Positions 1 to 13,457 of a stretch of DNA of 64,000 nt are shown piece by piece. The stretch spans positions 3,598,001 through 3,662,000 of the forward strand of contig CM075997.1 in the NCBI GenBank assembly GCA_038087875.1, given 5' to 3'. Numbering within the stretch: the first letter of the stretch is position 1; each line of letters begins with the position of its first letter. The notes beneath the pieces were generated by a model. The model searched no databases. It saw only the letters and a program-made list of their open reading frames with translations, and was not told the DNA's origin. The translations under genes were made by a program, and so were the position numbers. Source of the stretch: Malacoraja senta. Its lineage: Eukaryota.

Positions 1-947
1 AGCAGCCATACATGCCCAGGCCATAACACCCCACCATCGTGTGTTTCACAGATGAGGTGGTATGCTTTGGATCTTGGGCAGTTCCTTCTCTCTTCCATAT
101 TTTGCTCTTGCCATCACTCTAATATGTTAATCTTCGTCTCATCTGTCCACAAGACCATTTTCCAGAACTGTGGTAGCTCTTTTAAGTGCTTCTTGGCAAA
201 CTGTAACCTGGCCATCCTATTTGTGCGGTTAACCAGTGGTTTGCATCTTGCAGTGTAGCCTCTGTATTTCCATTCAAAAGTATTCTGCGAAATGTGGTCA
301 TTAACAAATCCACTCATTGCTGAAGAGTGTTTCTGATCTGTCGGACAGGTGTTTGGGGATTTTTCTTTATTATAGAGATAATTCTTCTGTCATCAGCTGT
401 GGAGGTCTTCCTTGGCCTGCTAGTCCCTTTGCGATTAGTAAGCTCACCAGTGCTCTCTTTCTTCTTAATGATGTGCCAAACAGTTGATTTTGATAAGCAT
501 AAGGTTTGTCTGATGTCTCCAACAGTTTTATTCTTGTTTCTCAGTCTCATAATGGCTTCTTTGACTTTCATTGGCACAACTTGGGTCCTCATGTTGATAA
601 ACATCAATAAAAGTTTCCAAAGGTGATGGAAAGACTGGAGGAAAGACTAGGTGCTGAGAGCTCTCTTATACCTGCATTAAGGAGCCATTTAAACACACCT
701 GAGCAATTACAAACACCTGTGAAGCCATGTGTCCCAAACATTATGGTGCCCTGAAATGGGAGGGACTATGTATAAACACAGCTGTAATTTCTACATGGTG
801 AAACCAAAATGTATAAAAATGGCCTTAAAATCTGACAATGTGCACTTTAACCACATGTGATTTTTTTTCTATTACAAATCACAAATTGTGGAGTACAGAG
901 GCAAATAAATAAATGATGGGTCTTTGTCCCAAACATGGAGGGCACTG
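1..947 (-). mobile_element. Tc1-family DNA transposon fossil (5' TIR plus N-terminal transposase), cut by the window edge
   Basis: ORFs 314-607 (paired-like HTH, ...SRPRKTS...) and 114-317 (...VLWTDETKIN, first catalytic Asp) are frameshifted. TIR begins CAGTGCCCTCC at 947 on the minus strand. Nearly identical to the copy at 41863. Confidence 0.93.
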
Positions 948-1107
948 TGTATGCTACAGGTGGAGTCTGAGTTAGAGAAACTAGGTTAATCAGTTAGAGC
1001 TGGCTGCAGGAATACAAAGAGGTTCCTTGGCTTAAGATGCTTGCTTGGTAATGCTGATAATCACAGGAACCCTGAATTAAATAATTCAATGTTGCAAGGG
1101 AAATGTT

Positions 1108-1385
1108 AAAGAGATACAGCACAGAAACAGGCCCACCAAGTCTGCGCCGACCACAATCCCCGCACACTAACACTATCATACGCACACTAGGGACAATTTA
1201 CAATTGTACCAAGCCAGATAACCTACAAACCTGTACTGTCTTTGGAGTGTGGGAGGAAACTGGAGACCCGGAGAAAACCCATGCAGGCCACAGGGAGAAC
1301 GTACAAACTCCGTACAGACAGCACCTGTAGTCAGGATCGAAGCCGGGTCTCCGGAGCTTTCAAGCAGCAACTCTACTCTGCCGCC
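1108..1385 (-). mobile_element. tRNA-derived SINE (HE1/V-SINE-like)
   Basis: Reverse complement has a B-box-like TTCGATCC, the core GGAGTTTGTACGTTCTCCC and the tail GGGCCTGTTTCTGTGCTGTATCTCT. Confidence 0.85.
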
Positions 1386-3082
1386 AACAGAATAGCTTTA
1401 CAGAAATGATCAGCAGACTTTCAAGTGTTTTTATGTAGGGAGTAAGTTCACTGATGCATTTACACACTAAGCTATTACCTGATGTAGTACAGAACGGCAT
1501 AGACTCCAAGATCTTAAATTCAGAAACCAATATAGACTAAAGGGAATATATTTGCTTTACAAGGATGCCTCTGAGATAAGAAAGTTGTAAGAAGCAAACA
1601 TTCTTCGGTATGAGTGGCTGTCTCGGTTAAGTGCAGCAAGCAGAAAGGTAAATGCTGGCACTACTTGTATCAGCCAAATCTAGAAATCCTTGACCAAAAT
1701 AACTTTCATCCTGCACTCTGGCTCGTTTTGGGCATCCAATGTTCCACCATTGTTGTACCTGCCATTACCACTAGCAGGTCAGATTCAGCAGTTTCAGAAC
1801 TACTGATTGAAATGTCCCTGTATCTTAAATGTTGTACAAGCTGATCACTGCCAAGCTGGTTGAAAAAAGATAGAATTTGTTGTTCCAGCAGTTTAAAAAA
1901 AAAGTATGTTTTAAAATGGAGGCAATAAAGTCGTAGAGAGTTACAACACTGAAACTGTACCTCTGAATTTGCTCCGACCATCAACCAGCCATTATGAAAC
2001 CAGCCACATTAGAAATATATATGTCTCATTATGGGAACCAACACGTCAGGTTAATGCCTATCATTGCTGCAGCACTCTTGGATTGTTCTTCTCCTTTATT
2101 AGGGGGTACAGGAATTCCCCATGTTATGCCAGGGGCCCGTTTCTGAGAACTTCATAACTCGTTCATCAGCTGGAAATGAACAAAATTAATGTGTGGGAAA
2201 GGATCACTGGAGCAGTTGTGATGGGAGAGCAAGGGTATGGGAAGTGTGATCGCCAGCCGTTCACAAGGACTTGGTGAGTGAGTCGGCTCACCTCAACGTG
2301 GTCAGGAATTGTGTGGCTTGTTGGATGTGATGTGCGGGCAGGAATTGAGGAGGCAAGACACATGAAAATACCCATTTCCTACCCATTGCCAGCAGTTCCA
2401 CCATGGCCAGTAGATCCATCCTCATCTATCCCAATGGTCTCATACACGGGGTGACCATAGGTCGAACATGCATAAGGCAGGAAGCACCTGTATACTACTG
2501 CAGTAGTTCACTAGAGACCTAACAAAAAAAACTTAAACTTCTGTTGTAGAGAAAATATTATTTCAAGATTTCACCAAAGTTATCTTGAACTTCTGTTCCT
2601 CAATTTGAGGTTTCTCTCTGTTCTCGGTTCTCAAAATCGGTTCTCAAAAATGTGATGTATCAAGAAGATGTTTAATGCATTCAAATTCTACAAGACATTG
2701 ACGGAACCAGACCACAAAGACACAAGGAATTGTCGATGTTGGAATCTTGTGTAGAACACAAAGTGCTGGAGTATCTCAGTGGGTCAGGCAGCATTTCTGA
2801 AGGACATGGATAGGCAACGTTTTGGGCTGAGACTCATCTCCATGCCACTGTGGTTGTGCCCTATTTGTCCAACCTTGTTTAGTTCATTCACCTCAACTGC
2901 AGATACCTGTTGTTTTTATTAATGTTTTCTGAAGAACACATATGATTTACTCAGTTTAGATTATGTATCTGGGATCCAATCCTTGGGCCCTATGGCTTTG
3001 GCTCATTTGGATTCCAGTGGTTTAAGTGTATAATTCAGAAGAGTACTAGTTTTCAGAGGTGAGATATTATCACCTATTTTCT

Positions 3083-3215
3083 TCTTCTTCTTGCGTATGG
3101 CGTGCATAGCCTAAAGTTGTAGGACAACTTGTTCTATTTGATTGTGCAAGCCAGGTTGATTGCATTCGTCGAAACAGTGCGGACGGACCACGTGAAGGTT
3201 GCAATCTCCCACCCC
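3083..3215 (-). mobile_element. Short retroposon with HDV-like ribozyme head, copy 1 (P1 disrupted)
   Basis: Homologous to 15903-16039 and 54809-54943. (AAG)n tail. TSD acctattttct/atctattttct (3072-3082, 3216-3226). Confidence 0.85.
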
Positions 3216-3583
3216 ATCTATTTTCTCAGATGGCGGTAAAAGAAGATTCCAGTGGGACAGAGCAGGAGGGATCTCACTATTGTCTTGGCTAATATTCTTA
3301 CACCAACCAACATCGTTAAAGAGCAGATTATCGGGCCATTTTCACGTTGTTGCTTCTTCGACCTCATTACTTTCAAATTGGCTGCTGCATTTTCTATGTT
3401 GCTGTCTGTGTGGAGTTTGCCTGTCCTCACCATGACTGCTTAGGTTTCGCCTGCATGCTCTGGTTTCACCCACATCCCAAAGACGCACTGGCTGGTGTCT
3501 TAAATGGCTACTCTAAATTCCCCCTAATGTCAGTGGATGGTAAAGTCTTGGGCAGTTGATGGGAAGGTGGGGAGAATAGGTTA

Positions 3584-3914
3584 AAGCCCTGTCCCACTGT
3601 ACGAGCTCATTCAAGAGTTCTCCCCGAGTTTGCCCTGATTCGAACTCGGAGATTTACGGTAATGGCTACTCGTCGGTACTCGGGGCTCTCGTGGACATTT
3701 TTCAACATGTTGATAAATCTTCATGAGTATTCCCGAGCTTACCTGCCGGTAGCGAGTCTTCCCGAGTACCTGCCGTTAGCGTTACGAGCCGCTAAGAGAC
3801 GTCCCCGAGCTCCGACGTACCTGCTACGTTCATTCTACGTGCTTACCACGAGTTTGATTAATTTTTTTTACTCGTGAGAGCACTTGAATGAACTCGTGCA
3901 GTGGGACAGGGCTA
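3584..3914. mobile_element. PIF/Harbinger-type MITE (subfamily A) inserted in a SINE
   Basis: TIR aagccctgtcccact...agtgggacagggcta; TTA TSD on both sides. Confidence 0.85.
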
Positions 3915-6309
3915 TTACAGAGAAAATGATTAGGGGAATGAAACGGAATTACTCTGCGAGCCAGCATAGACCTGATAGGTTGAAACAGCCTCCGACGTTA
4001 TACCAAAATATGGAAAATGGACCGTACTTTTAAAATATTTACAGTATTTGATGGGAAAGCACTTTGTGATATTATGGAGGCTTCACTTTTTGTTTCTTTG
4101 TATTGAATTAGCCACTGCTGCTTCTTGATGCTGTATAAATCAGCTAGGATTCCTTGTTACTGAATCTGCTGTGGAACTGATGCTTGCGAGTCGGGTGAGT
4201 GAGATTGTGTTTGAGCCGTGTCTTGCAGTAGGGTGACCTGCTGATACTCGCTGTCTAGACATGCCTGAAAAAATTGGGTACTTGGCCAGGTGTCCGTATA
4301 TTTGCGGCAAGGTTGAGTTATTGGCTTCAGAACAGGAAGAGGGTAAAATTTTGGATGGGAAAAAATCAGCCCATCTGAATATTTGCATTGTGTATGGCCA
4401 AAAATATTTCTACAGCCGAGCTGCCCCACTGAGTTTGTGCAAATTAACAGGGTCAGTTCTGCTCAATCTGTCTATGCAAATTTAAGATACTGGGTCTGCA
4501 TTACACCTCCTGGTCTCGATATAACCATCCCATTATATTCTTTTGTGAAATGGACAAAAACTCACTGCAGGGGTCCTGGGTTCGATTTATGGTATTTACA
4601 CAGGGGGTGAAGGCAGTCTTTAATCCCATTTCCAGCAGAACAGCAGAAAGCTTAATTCACCAGTCTCAGTAAACGGGAGAAGCTCAGGACTCAAGTAATA
4701 AAACTTCAGGTAACTAGTGTTGATGTCCAAACAGGTATGAGTATATAAACAAAGCTCTGGTAACAAACACACTGGGTTTCAATACCTGTTAACTATGATG
4801 TGAACCTGTGACCCTTGGACATCTGATGTGTAACAGGAGGTGTGCAGGAGGTTTTTCTTATGGGTTTTAAATGTTTCAAGAAAACTAAAATTTTATTCGA
4901 GGAACATTAGAATTCATTCTGAAGATAATTCACTGTCTAGTTTGAGCATGCACTGTAAATGCAAAATACCTTCCATGCTTAAATGAGCCTTCTGGTGTAT
5001 GTGTTCAAAGGCTTTCTCATGGTAAATAACCAGCACAAGAGAGCCAGAGCAGAGAAATGCGCTTTACAATTCTAATAAGATTTGCGAAACATTGGATAAA
5101 GGAGGTGTTTGCACTGGGCTGAGGGAACAGCTGTAGTTCTGCATTAACAGCGCTTGACCCTGTGTAAGGACAGCAGGTCAGGGTGAGAGGATAGGCCTAC
5201 CGTGGCTCCACATTGCCCTTTAGGCATGGCTACAGGGAGCATGGTGGCAAATGGTGTAATGAAGCATAATGAGGACCTTTGGGGGCTGAGATAAAATGGC
5301 GGTCCCCAAGGACTCGGAGCTCAGGCCTCCCAGCTGCTTTGCTGCAACATATTGCACAGCAGAAACGCAAATTTTGAAACATTCTCCCACAGGAGTCCAA
5401 ATGCTGTATAGAACTGGGCTCTGAGGCTGCACTAAAGGCATTAGAGATGTAAAAGCAACTGGTTTTGCAGAGTGGAGTGATCTAAGACTGTTTTGTGAAT
5501 GTTTGAAGTATGAAAGGGAGTTGCTTTACCTGCTAAGTATGACAAGGTCAGCATATGTTGCACTGAACACTGACCGTGAGGCATTAATGAATCATTGTGC
5601 GTTGTCCGTTCAGGCATTAGCCCTTTATTTCTTGAATAAATGCTGCAAAATGTTACCTGTATTTTCTGGTTTTAGCATCCTTGTTAATATTAGTTGTATT
5701 CTGAGGTCAAGTTTAGAAACTTCATTTAAAGTTGGGTAGTGTATTTACATTTACATTTACATTTTTTCCCCAAGATCTTGTATTTTGTATTTTCTCTCCT
5801 CCACCCCAAAACCTGATCAATCCCATTGCCAATATTCTGGCCTGCGCCTAAATATCACCTTTTCATAGTCATATTCTGCTGGGTATGTGTTTACAAAAAG
5901 CTACCTCCCAATTTTAACTTCAAAACTTGGTATATTTCCTCACTCATTGGTAATAGCAGTATCATAACTGCAGTATCATTCCGTCTGAATATTTTCTTCA
6001 GGTTAAACAAAGTTTGGTTAAAAGCTCAGAAAGCCTGTGTCCAGAACTAGAATTTTACACTCAGTCTCTAATTTGCTCTCGATCACATTTGCCTTTCTCT
6101 TTGTTCATCTTTTTCTTTCCTATTTTATTTCACTGTCCAATTTACGTCGTATTTTCTACTCTGCATTTCCCTTGTCCCTCGGATTGTCATTCCCTTTGCT
6201 TCGATTTGTGCCATCGGCCCATCCCTTTTTGGTCTGAGCAGCACTGTTCCGCAGAAATCAGTGCTTGGAACCTCTGTTGTTTGTGATATTAATAAATAAC
6301 AGGGTGAAA

Positions 6310-7612
6310 AAAGGTAGATGGGTTGGTTAGTAAGTTTGTAGACGACACAAAAATTGGCGGAGTTGTGGACAATGGCGAAGACTGTCAAAGGATGCAGAAA
6401 GATACGGATCAGTTACGGATATGGGTGGAGAAATGGCTGCTGGAGTTTAATCCGGGCAAGTGTGAGGTGTTGCATTTTGGAAGGTCTAATGTAAGGGGAG
6501 AGTATAGAATTAATGGAAGACCTTGAACAGCATTGATGTACAGAAGGATTTCAGCGAACTATGACTATGTCTTTTCATAGTTCCCTGAAAGTGGAAAGTC
6601 GAGTAGAGTGTTAAAGAAGATCTTTGGTATACTTGCCATCATTGGTCAGAGCATTAGGTGTAGGAGCCAGGAAGTCACGTTGCAGATTTATAAAACTTTA
6701 AGGGCCTGTCCCACTTTCCCGAGTTATTCACAAATTCTCCCGAGTTTTTCATGAATTCTCCCGAGTTTTCAAACTTGCTGAATGTTCGTAACTAGTCCGT
6801 AGGAGTCCGTGGATATATCGTAGCGGCTCGTTATGCCAGCCGTAGGTACTCGGGGCATCAGGTAAGTCGGGACGTTTTTTCGGCATGATGAAAAATGTCC
6901 ACGAGTGATAAAAATAGCCCCGAGTACCTACGACTGGCATGACGAGACGCTACGATATATCCACGGACTCCTACGGACTCGTTACGAACATTCTGTGAGT
7001 TTGAAAACTCAGGAGAATTCTTGAATAACTCATGAGAATTCGTGAATAACTCGGGAAAGTGGGACAGGCCCTTTAGTTCGGCAGTATTTGAAATATTATG
7101 TGCAGTTCTGGTCGCTCCATTACAGAAAAGATGTTGGAAGCTTTGGAGAGAGCGCAAAGTAGTTCACCAAGATGCTGCCTGGATTTGAGGATATTAACCA
7201 TCAGGACAAAATGAGATTGATTTCTGTGGAGCATCAGAGACCGAGGAGAGACCTGATAGAAGTTTATAAAACTGAGGAGCATTGATACAGTAGACAGTTA
7301 GAATATTTTACCCGGGGTGTAAATGTTAAATACTTGAGGCATGGGTATAAGGTGAGATGGGGAAGGTTTAAAGGAGAAGTGCGGGGTAAGTTTTTTTTCT
7401 ATAGAGGGATGGTCCCTGGAATCCTGGTGTGATGGTGGAAGGAGTTAAGATAAAGGGTTTAAGAGGCTTTTAGATAGGCACATGAATATGGGGAATGGCG
7501 GGATAAGGTTCCTGTGCAGGCAAAAGGGATTAGTTCAATTTGGCATCATATTCAGCACAGACGTGGGCCGAAGGGTCGGTTTCTGTGCTGTACATCATTA
7601 TGATCTCTGTTC
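6310..7612 (+). mobile_element. CR1-clade LINE 3' fragment, interrupted by a MITE
   Basis: RT motif SKFVDDTKIGGVVD...FNPGKCEVLHFG; CR1-like 3' end GGGCCGAAGGG...TGTGCTGTAC. Confidence 0.88.
6701..7072. mobile_element. PIF/Harbinger-type MITE (subfamily B, largely palindromic)
   Basis: TIR agggcctgtcccactttcccgag at both ends; TTA TSD (6698-6700, 7073-7075). Confidence 0.88.
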
Positions 7613-8104
7613 CAATACATGCCATCATGTGCATCCGATGTGGATTTTTTCCCCTCCCAATCTGGTACTTTCACATGCTTCCCCTCACTCCTTCACCCAG
7701 GTTAACACCTGAAAGCACATTTGAAATCATTAAGCAGTCATCTGTTTCAGCTGTTCCTCTGCATTAACATCAGAATAAAAAACAAATCGGGGATCATTCA
7801 GCAGGACTCCGAACGATTGATTAACACTCCTTTTTTGTTTGAATATCAGGCACCAAAATGCTAATACTCTCTCTCAGAGGAGCGTTTAGTAATCACTGCG
7901 CAGTCAGTACTGCCAAACTGGCTCCTCCTCCCAGCCGCACATGGAGGAAGAGAATGGCACATGAGTCGCCAGCTGTACCTAGATTAGCAGTATACTGCTC
8001 TCTATTGTCTGACGTAAACAATCAAATAAAATTCAGTCCCATTTGCCCAGACAGTTTAACCCTTAACTTGTGCCTTGAACTCGCTCTGTATTTCCTTGCT
8101 TAGT

Positions 8105-8262
8105 TTTTATAGTTTAGTTTAGAGATACAGCGTGGAAACAGGCCCTTCGGCCCACCGGGTCTGCGCCGACCAGTGATCCCCGCATAATAACACCAGCCTA
8201 CACACACTAGGGACCATTTTTACATTTACCAAGCCAATTTACCTACATACCTGTACGTCTTT
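8105..8262 (-). mobile_element. HE1-like SINE, 3' part
   Basis: (TTTAG)n tail and GAAACAGGCCCTTCGGCCCAC end. Confidence 0.8.
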
Positions 8263-8725
8263 GTCTGAAAACTATCTTCCATCCTTATCTATCGAAGATG
8301 GTAACCAGGATTGAGCTAATTTTCTAGGGATGCTGGCATTCTTGGTAGATTTTTTTTTTAAATCTGACTATCCATTGTATTCTGATATGCGATTGATAGC
8401 TAGCTGACTGTTTAACCAAGAATGCTTCACAGTTGAAAATAGTTACCCACCTGTACATTTGCCACATGTGTGTTTGAAGAAGGGTCCCAACCCAAAATAT
8501 CACGTATCCATGTTCTCTAGAGATGCTGCCTAACCCACTAGTTATTCCAGCACGTTGTGTCCTTTTACTTATTTGCCGATATCTGTTAGCATTCTCGTTT
8601 AACTCAAACCAGAACTCAAATTAAATCTTGTGTCCTGTTTATCACTGCTTTCCCAATATTCATCTGAAGAACATAGCTGACCAATCACTTCTATAAACTT
8701 TGCTAGCACAACTGGTACTAACTAA

Positions 8726-9022
8726 AGGGCCTGTCCCACGATGCGGGTTCACCCAAGAGCTATCCCGAGTTTAAAAAAAAAATCAAACTCGTGGTAAGTA
8801 TGTAGAATGTACGTAGCGGGTACGTCGGAGCTCGTGGATGTCTTGTAGCGGCTCGTAATGCTAACGGCAGGTACTCGGGAAACGCGGAAACTCGTGAAGT
8901 TTTTTCAACAGTGTGAAAAATTTCCAAGAGTAAAAAAATACACGTGATGAGGTACCACGAGTTTGATTTTTTTTTAAACTCGGGAGAGCTCTTGGGTGAA
9001 CTCACATCGTGGGACAGGCCCT
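8726..9022. mobile_element. PIF/Harbinger-type MITE (subfamily A)
   Basis: TIR agggcctgtcccacg; flanks TAA/TTA. Confidence 0.85.
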
Positions 9023-9368
9023 TTAGGCATCTGTAATTCAAAACTTGGTCTTTCTCTCATCCAGTATTCAACAAGGTCCACTCGCCAAATAATCTATTCT
9101 AACTTCATCCACTGACTGAATTCACTTACAATTGTTCTGCCATTCTGGCCAGCCTCTCCCTAGGGCATCAAATTTGCTACTTTGCGGGAGGCTAATCATT
9201 CACTCTTGATACGCTCACAAAAACCTGCTTTGTTTTCCTCTAATTTTGAAAGTAAAATAAAAATGAATATTATAACTTCTGAAATTTAGTCTAAGGAGCC
9301 TCTTCTTTTAAAAAGTTTTTCAGTCCTGTATGGAATGCATGAGCTGATGAGGGGAAACTTGTTCTTTC

Positions 9369-9670
9369 GTTTAGTTTAGAGATACAGCGCGGAAACAGGC
9401 CCTCCGGTCCACCGAGTCTGCGCCGACCAGCGATCACCGTACACTACCACTATCCTACACACTTATGGCGATTTATAATCTTTACCGAAGCCAATTAACC
9501 TATAAACCTGTACATATTTGGTGTGTGGGAAGAAACCGGAGCACCCGGGGAAAACCCACACGGTCACAGGGAGAACGTACAAACTCTGTACAGACAGCAC
9601 CCGTAGTCAGGATTGAACCTAGGTCTCTGGCGCTGTAAAGCAGCAACTCTATCGCGGTTCACCGTGCCGC
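9369..9670 (-). mobile_element. HE1-like SINE, near full length
   Basis: tRNA-like head, V-SINE-like core and (TAAAC)n tail on the minus strand. Confidence 0.87.
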
Positions 9671-10908
9671 TATATGCTGGACTAGTTTAGCACCGTGAGC
9701 ATTACCGGTAGCCAAAAATGTAAACTGGGCCTTTCATGAGTGAAACTGAGAAATACTTCCAATTTTAAAAGATTGTAGAAGGTTGGAAAGCATTTAAATA
9801 TTATGTTCAAGATGTCTTCATTAACCTAAAGACAGGCCTATGATCGCTATTGGAAGCTCTTTCTAAACAAGGGTAGTAGTTCATGTCACAACATGTCAGG
9901 TAAGTAGATGATTCAGAAATGGTATCTGAGATTTAGTGTATTACTACTTTGTACTGGATTTCATTTCCTAAATGCACTATTATGGAGATTAATGCACAGA
10001 AGTGGATAATTATTGCACATTTGGAGTAGATGAGTAAAAGCTGTACAAAGCTTGAAACTGGAAATTATACCTATTTTTTTTAATGAGAATGAGCTGTTAG
10101 AGTAAACAGAATGTTCAGGTGCTTGTTAAAAGGTATAACGTTTTATTGAACTGTTGTCTGAGGCTACAGTTCCAGTGATGTGACACATTGGTCATGTTTG
10201 GGATCAGCTGCCTCTCTCACCTGCATTCAAGTTGGGCACTGATTAGTTATGGTCTCATTAGTATAAGTACTGCATAATTGTTTTAAACTCTTAAAACAGC
10301 CTTGGGCAACCGTTTACTGTTTATTTCCAATGGTGGTGTTTTGTGAACAATATCATAGTAAGAGGCTCCAGGAGTAACATCATTACTCAGTCTTTACTTC
10401 ATGGTCATATGTGTAAGAAATGCAAGACACCAATTATTACACATTGATCATATATCTTTCCCCTTCCTGCCAAATTGTTGTACATTCCAGTGCATAACAG
10501 TCACTTAATTTTCATTTTCATCTTGTCAAGTTTGACTGCAGCACTGTCCCGTGTTTTACTGAAATGGCGATTGCCAATGGTGAATACCTAGTGCTAAGTG
10601 TCTCTAATCTGAAACTATACAGCCATCAGAAACCCAGAAATAAGGTTACCCGGTCCATTAAGTCAGCTGTGAAGAATATTCACTAGATATTTCTGTGTTC
10701 ACCAACACCTTCACATACATAACAAACAGAAATATAATTTAAGCTCAATTGGTCTGTGGTTCATTGTCATAAAAGAATCACATCACATAACACCTGTCAG
10801 AGCCTTGGGACATTCCAAACAAGGTTGTGGTAATATAATTGATATTTAACATACTAGAATTCATAGACTGACTCATGATCTAGTTAAACTAGTTTGAATC
10901 CTTTTATG

Positions 10909-11129
10909 TGTAGGAATGAACTGCAGATGCTGGTTTAAAGCGAAGGTAGGCACAAAATACTGGAGCAATACTGGAGCAACAGGCAGCATCTCCGGAGAGA
11001 AAGAGTGCCCGACATTGCAGGTCGAGACCCCTCAGTCTGAAGAGGGGTCTCGACCCAAAACTTTGCCCATTCCTTCTCTCCAGAGATGCTGCCTGTACCG
11101 CTGAGTTGCCCCAGCATTTTGTGTCTCCC
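10909..11129. mobile_element. Penelope-like terminal-repeat fragment, inverted pair
   Basis: Two arms of the GATGCTGCC...CTGAGTT repeat in inverted orientation; 16-bp TSD tttgaatccttttatg (10893-10908, 11130-11145). Confidence 0.75.
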
Positions 11130-12099
11130 TTTGAATCCTTTTATGACCGTTTTAAATTCTTTCATTACTTAACTCTGGAATTAAAACAATAAATCAGTAA
11201 CAGAATGAAACTATTACATTATTGTAAAAAAAATCTTATTCACAAATGTCCTTTCTCAAAGGAAATTGTTGTCTTTACTTAGTGTGGATTCTACATGGAC
11301 TATCAATGTGGTTGACTCTTAGCTCTTATCTGAAATACGTGGCAAGCCACTCAGTATCAGTTCAATTGAAAGGCAATAAAGGTAACTTCGCCTCTGGTAT
11401 CCATAATTCATGAAAGGATAAAATAAATATCTAATTATTGTAATTTGAGAACAAGGTAATCAAATCATTCACAGCAAGCTCCCACAAACATCAAGGAAAT
11501 AAATCATCACATCAGTTTCTCAATGTTGGTTGACAAATAGATAGATTCTTGATTAGTACTGGTGTCAGGGCTTATGGGGAGAAGGCAGTAGAATGGGGTT
11601 AGGAGGGAGAGATAGATCAGCCATGATTGAATGGCAGAGTAGACTTAATGGGCCGAATGGCCTAATTCTGCTCCTCTCACTTATGAAATAATTATTAGCT
11701 GGGACCCAGAGGAACAATTCCTCCCTTTTCTATGAAATAGTGCCATGCAATCTTTTGCATCCACTGGTATACATCCAAGTTTAATGTATCAACTAGAAAC
11801 TGGCATCTGAAAGTGCAGAATTGAAGAGTCAGTGTAGTCTTTTACAAAGTGAGACTTGAACCTACTGTTTACTGACTGCTATCCTTGGTTCTTGGTTTCT
11901 TGGTCCTCCAAAATATTCCAAATGGAATTTAAACTGGAGGTGGAGGGAGGACTTAAGCCAGAAAGGGTTTTTGGGAAGAAAGAACTACCTTAAATTTAGT
12001 TGCTATCCATTCAGTCATATCTGACACTTAGTGGAGGTAAATAGCCGTTCACTGTTGAAGGACGAACTGTGTTTTTTTTAGGTCTAGAGGAATTTTTCG

Positions 12100-12800
12100 G
12101 TAAAGTTGCTATCTTATAACGCCAGAGATCTGGGTTAGATCCTGACTCTGGGTGCTGTCTGTATGGAGTTAGTACATTCTCCCTGTGAACACGTGGGTTT
12201 TCTCGGGAAGCTCCGGTTTCCTCACATTCCAAAGAAGTGCAGGTTTGGAGGTCAATTGGCTTTAGTAAGAATTGTAAGCATTTAGTAAGACTACAAAAAG
12301 TTGTGACCACTGTCCAGTCCATCACCGGCTTTGACCTCCCCACCGTTGAAGGGATCTATCGTAGTCGCTGCCTCAAAAAGGCAGCCAAAATCATCAAGGA
12401 CCCACACCATCCTGGCCACACACTCATCTCACCACTGCCATCAGGAAGAAGGTACAGGAGCCTAAAGACTGTAGCGTCCAGGTATTAAACACAACAATTA
12501 AGCTATAAGCTCTGAACTGCAAAAGGCTATATTATTATTTGTTATTTGTACTATATTTGTTATTTATTGAACTTTTTCTTTATTCCCCCATTATATACAA
12601 TGTTTACATATTCACATATTCTGTTGTGCTGCAGCAAGTAAGAATTTCATTGTCCTGTCCGGGACATATGACAATAAAACACTCTTGACTCTTGTCCCTA
12701 ATGTGTAGGATAGTGCTAGTAAACAGGTGATCGCTGGTTGGTATTGACTCAGTGGGACGAAGGGCCTGTTTTGCACAGTATCTCTAAACTAAACTAAACT
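12100..12800 (+). mobile_element. HE1-like SINE split by a Rex-Babar-like LINE 3' fragment (~12280-12692)
   Basis: SINE head and core 12100-12277, resuming at ~12693. The insert encodes ...KAAKIIKDPHHPGH...LPSGRRYRS and ends in GACAATAAA plus a short repeat tail. Confidence 0.8.
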
Positions 12801-13074
12801 TTTTGCAGTATACCCTTCTGTCATTTTCTCCCGTGTGTGTTTATTGGGTTCCATTATTCCCATCTATGTTTGTTTGCCTCAACTGCTCTTCATGTAAAAT
12901 AGTTTAAATAGCTTAACACATAGGACCAAGTGGAGTAAATAAAGTCGATAATTTTAAATTATGTGCACGTTTAGATCATGATATGGATGTACCATTTTCT
13001 CAAGGTACAGCTTGGTAATTCTTTTCTCGATCTTTATTGGGAAATCATTTACAAGTCACTTGATGGGAGCGTTA

Positions 13075-13389
13075 AGGGGCTGTCCCACTGGACGAGCTAA
13101 TTGAAGAGTTCTCTCGAGTTTTAAAAAAAATCAAACTCGTGGTAAGCATGGAGAATACGTTGCGGGTACGTCGGAGCTCGGGACGTCTCTTAGCGGCTCG
13201 TAACACTAACGGCAGGTACTCGGGAAACGCGGTAAGCTCATCAAGACTCATGAAGATTTTTCAACATGTTGAAAAATGTCCACGAGAGCCCCGAGTACCT
13301 ACGAGCGGCTATTACCGTAATTCTCCTAGTTCGAATCAGGGGAAACTCGGGAGAACTCTTGAATTAGCTCATACAGTGGGACAGGCCCA
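13075..13389. mobile_element. PIF/Harbinger-type MITE (subfamily A)
   Basis: TIR aggggctgtcccact...agtgggacaggccca; TTA TSD. Confidence 0.87.
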
Positions 13390-13457
13390 TTACATCCATT
13401 TAATGGTGGTGATGAATAAGAAATTATTGGTTTAAAGAGTGCCCTTGTGTCTTGCAG

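Noticed and set aside
1760..1856. Minus-strand acceptor-like site with an open frame (LGSDQLVQHLRYRD...)
   Set aside because: No recognisable homology and no partner exons
4140..4429. Overlapping minus-strand ORFs in repeat-poor sequence
   Set aside because: Short, no recognisable domain and no clear splice structure
1..13457. Upstream TIMM50 micro-exons (GNN.VDE..K and IPDEFD-like)
   Set aside because: No AG/GT-bounded match found by eye; they probably lie before the window
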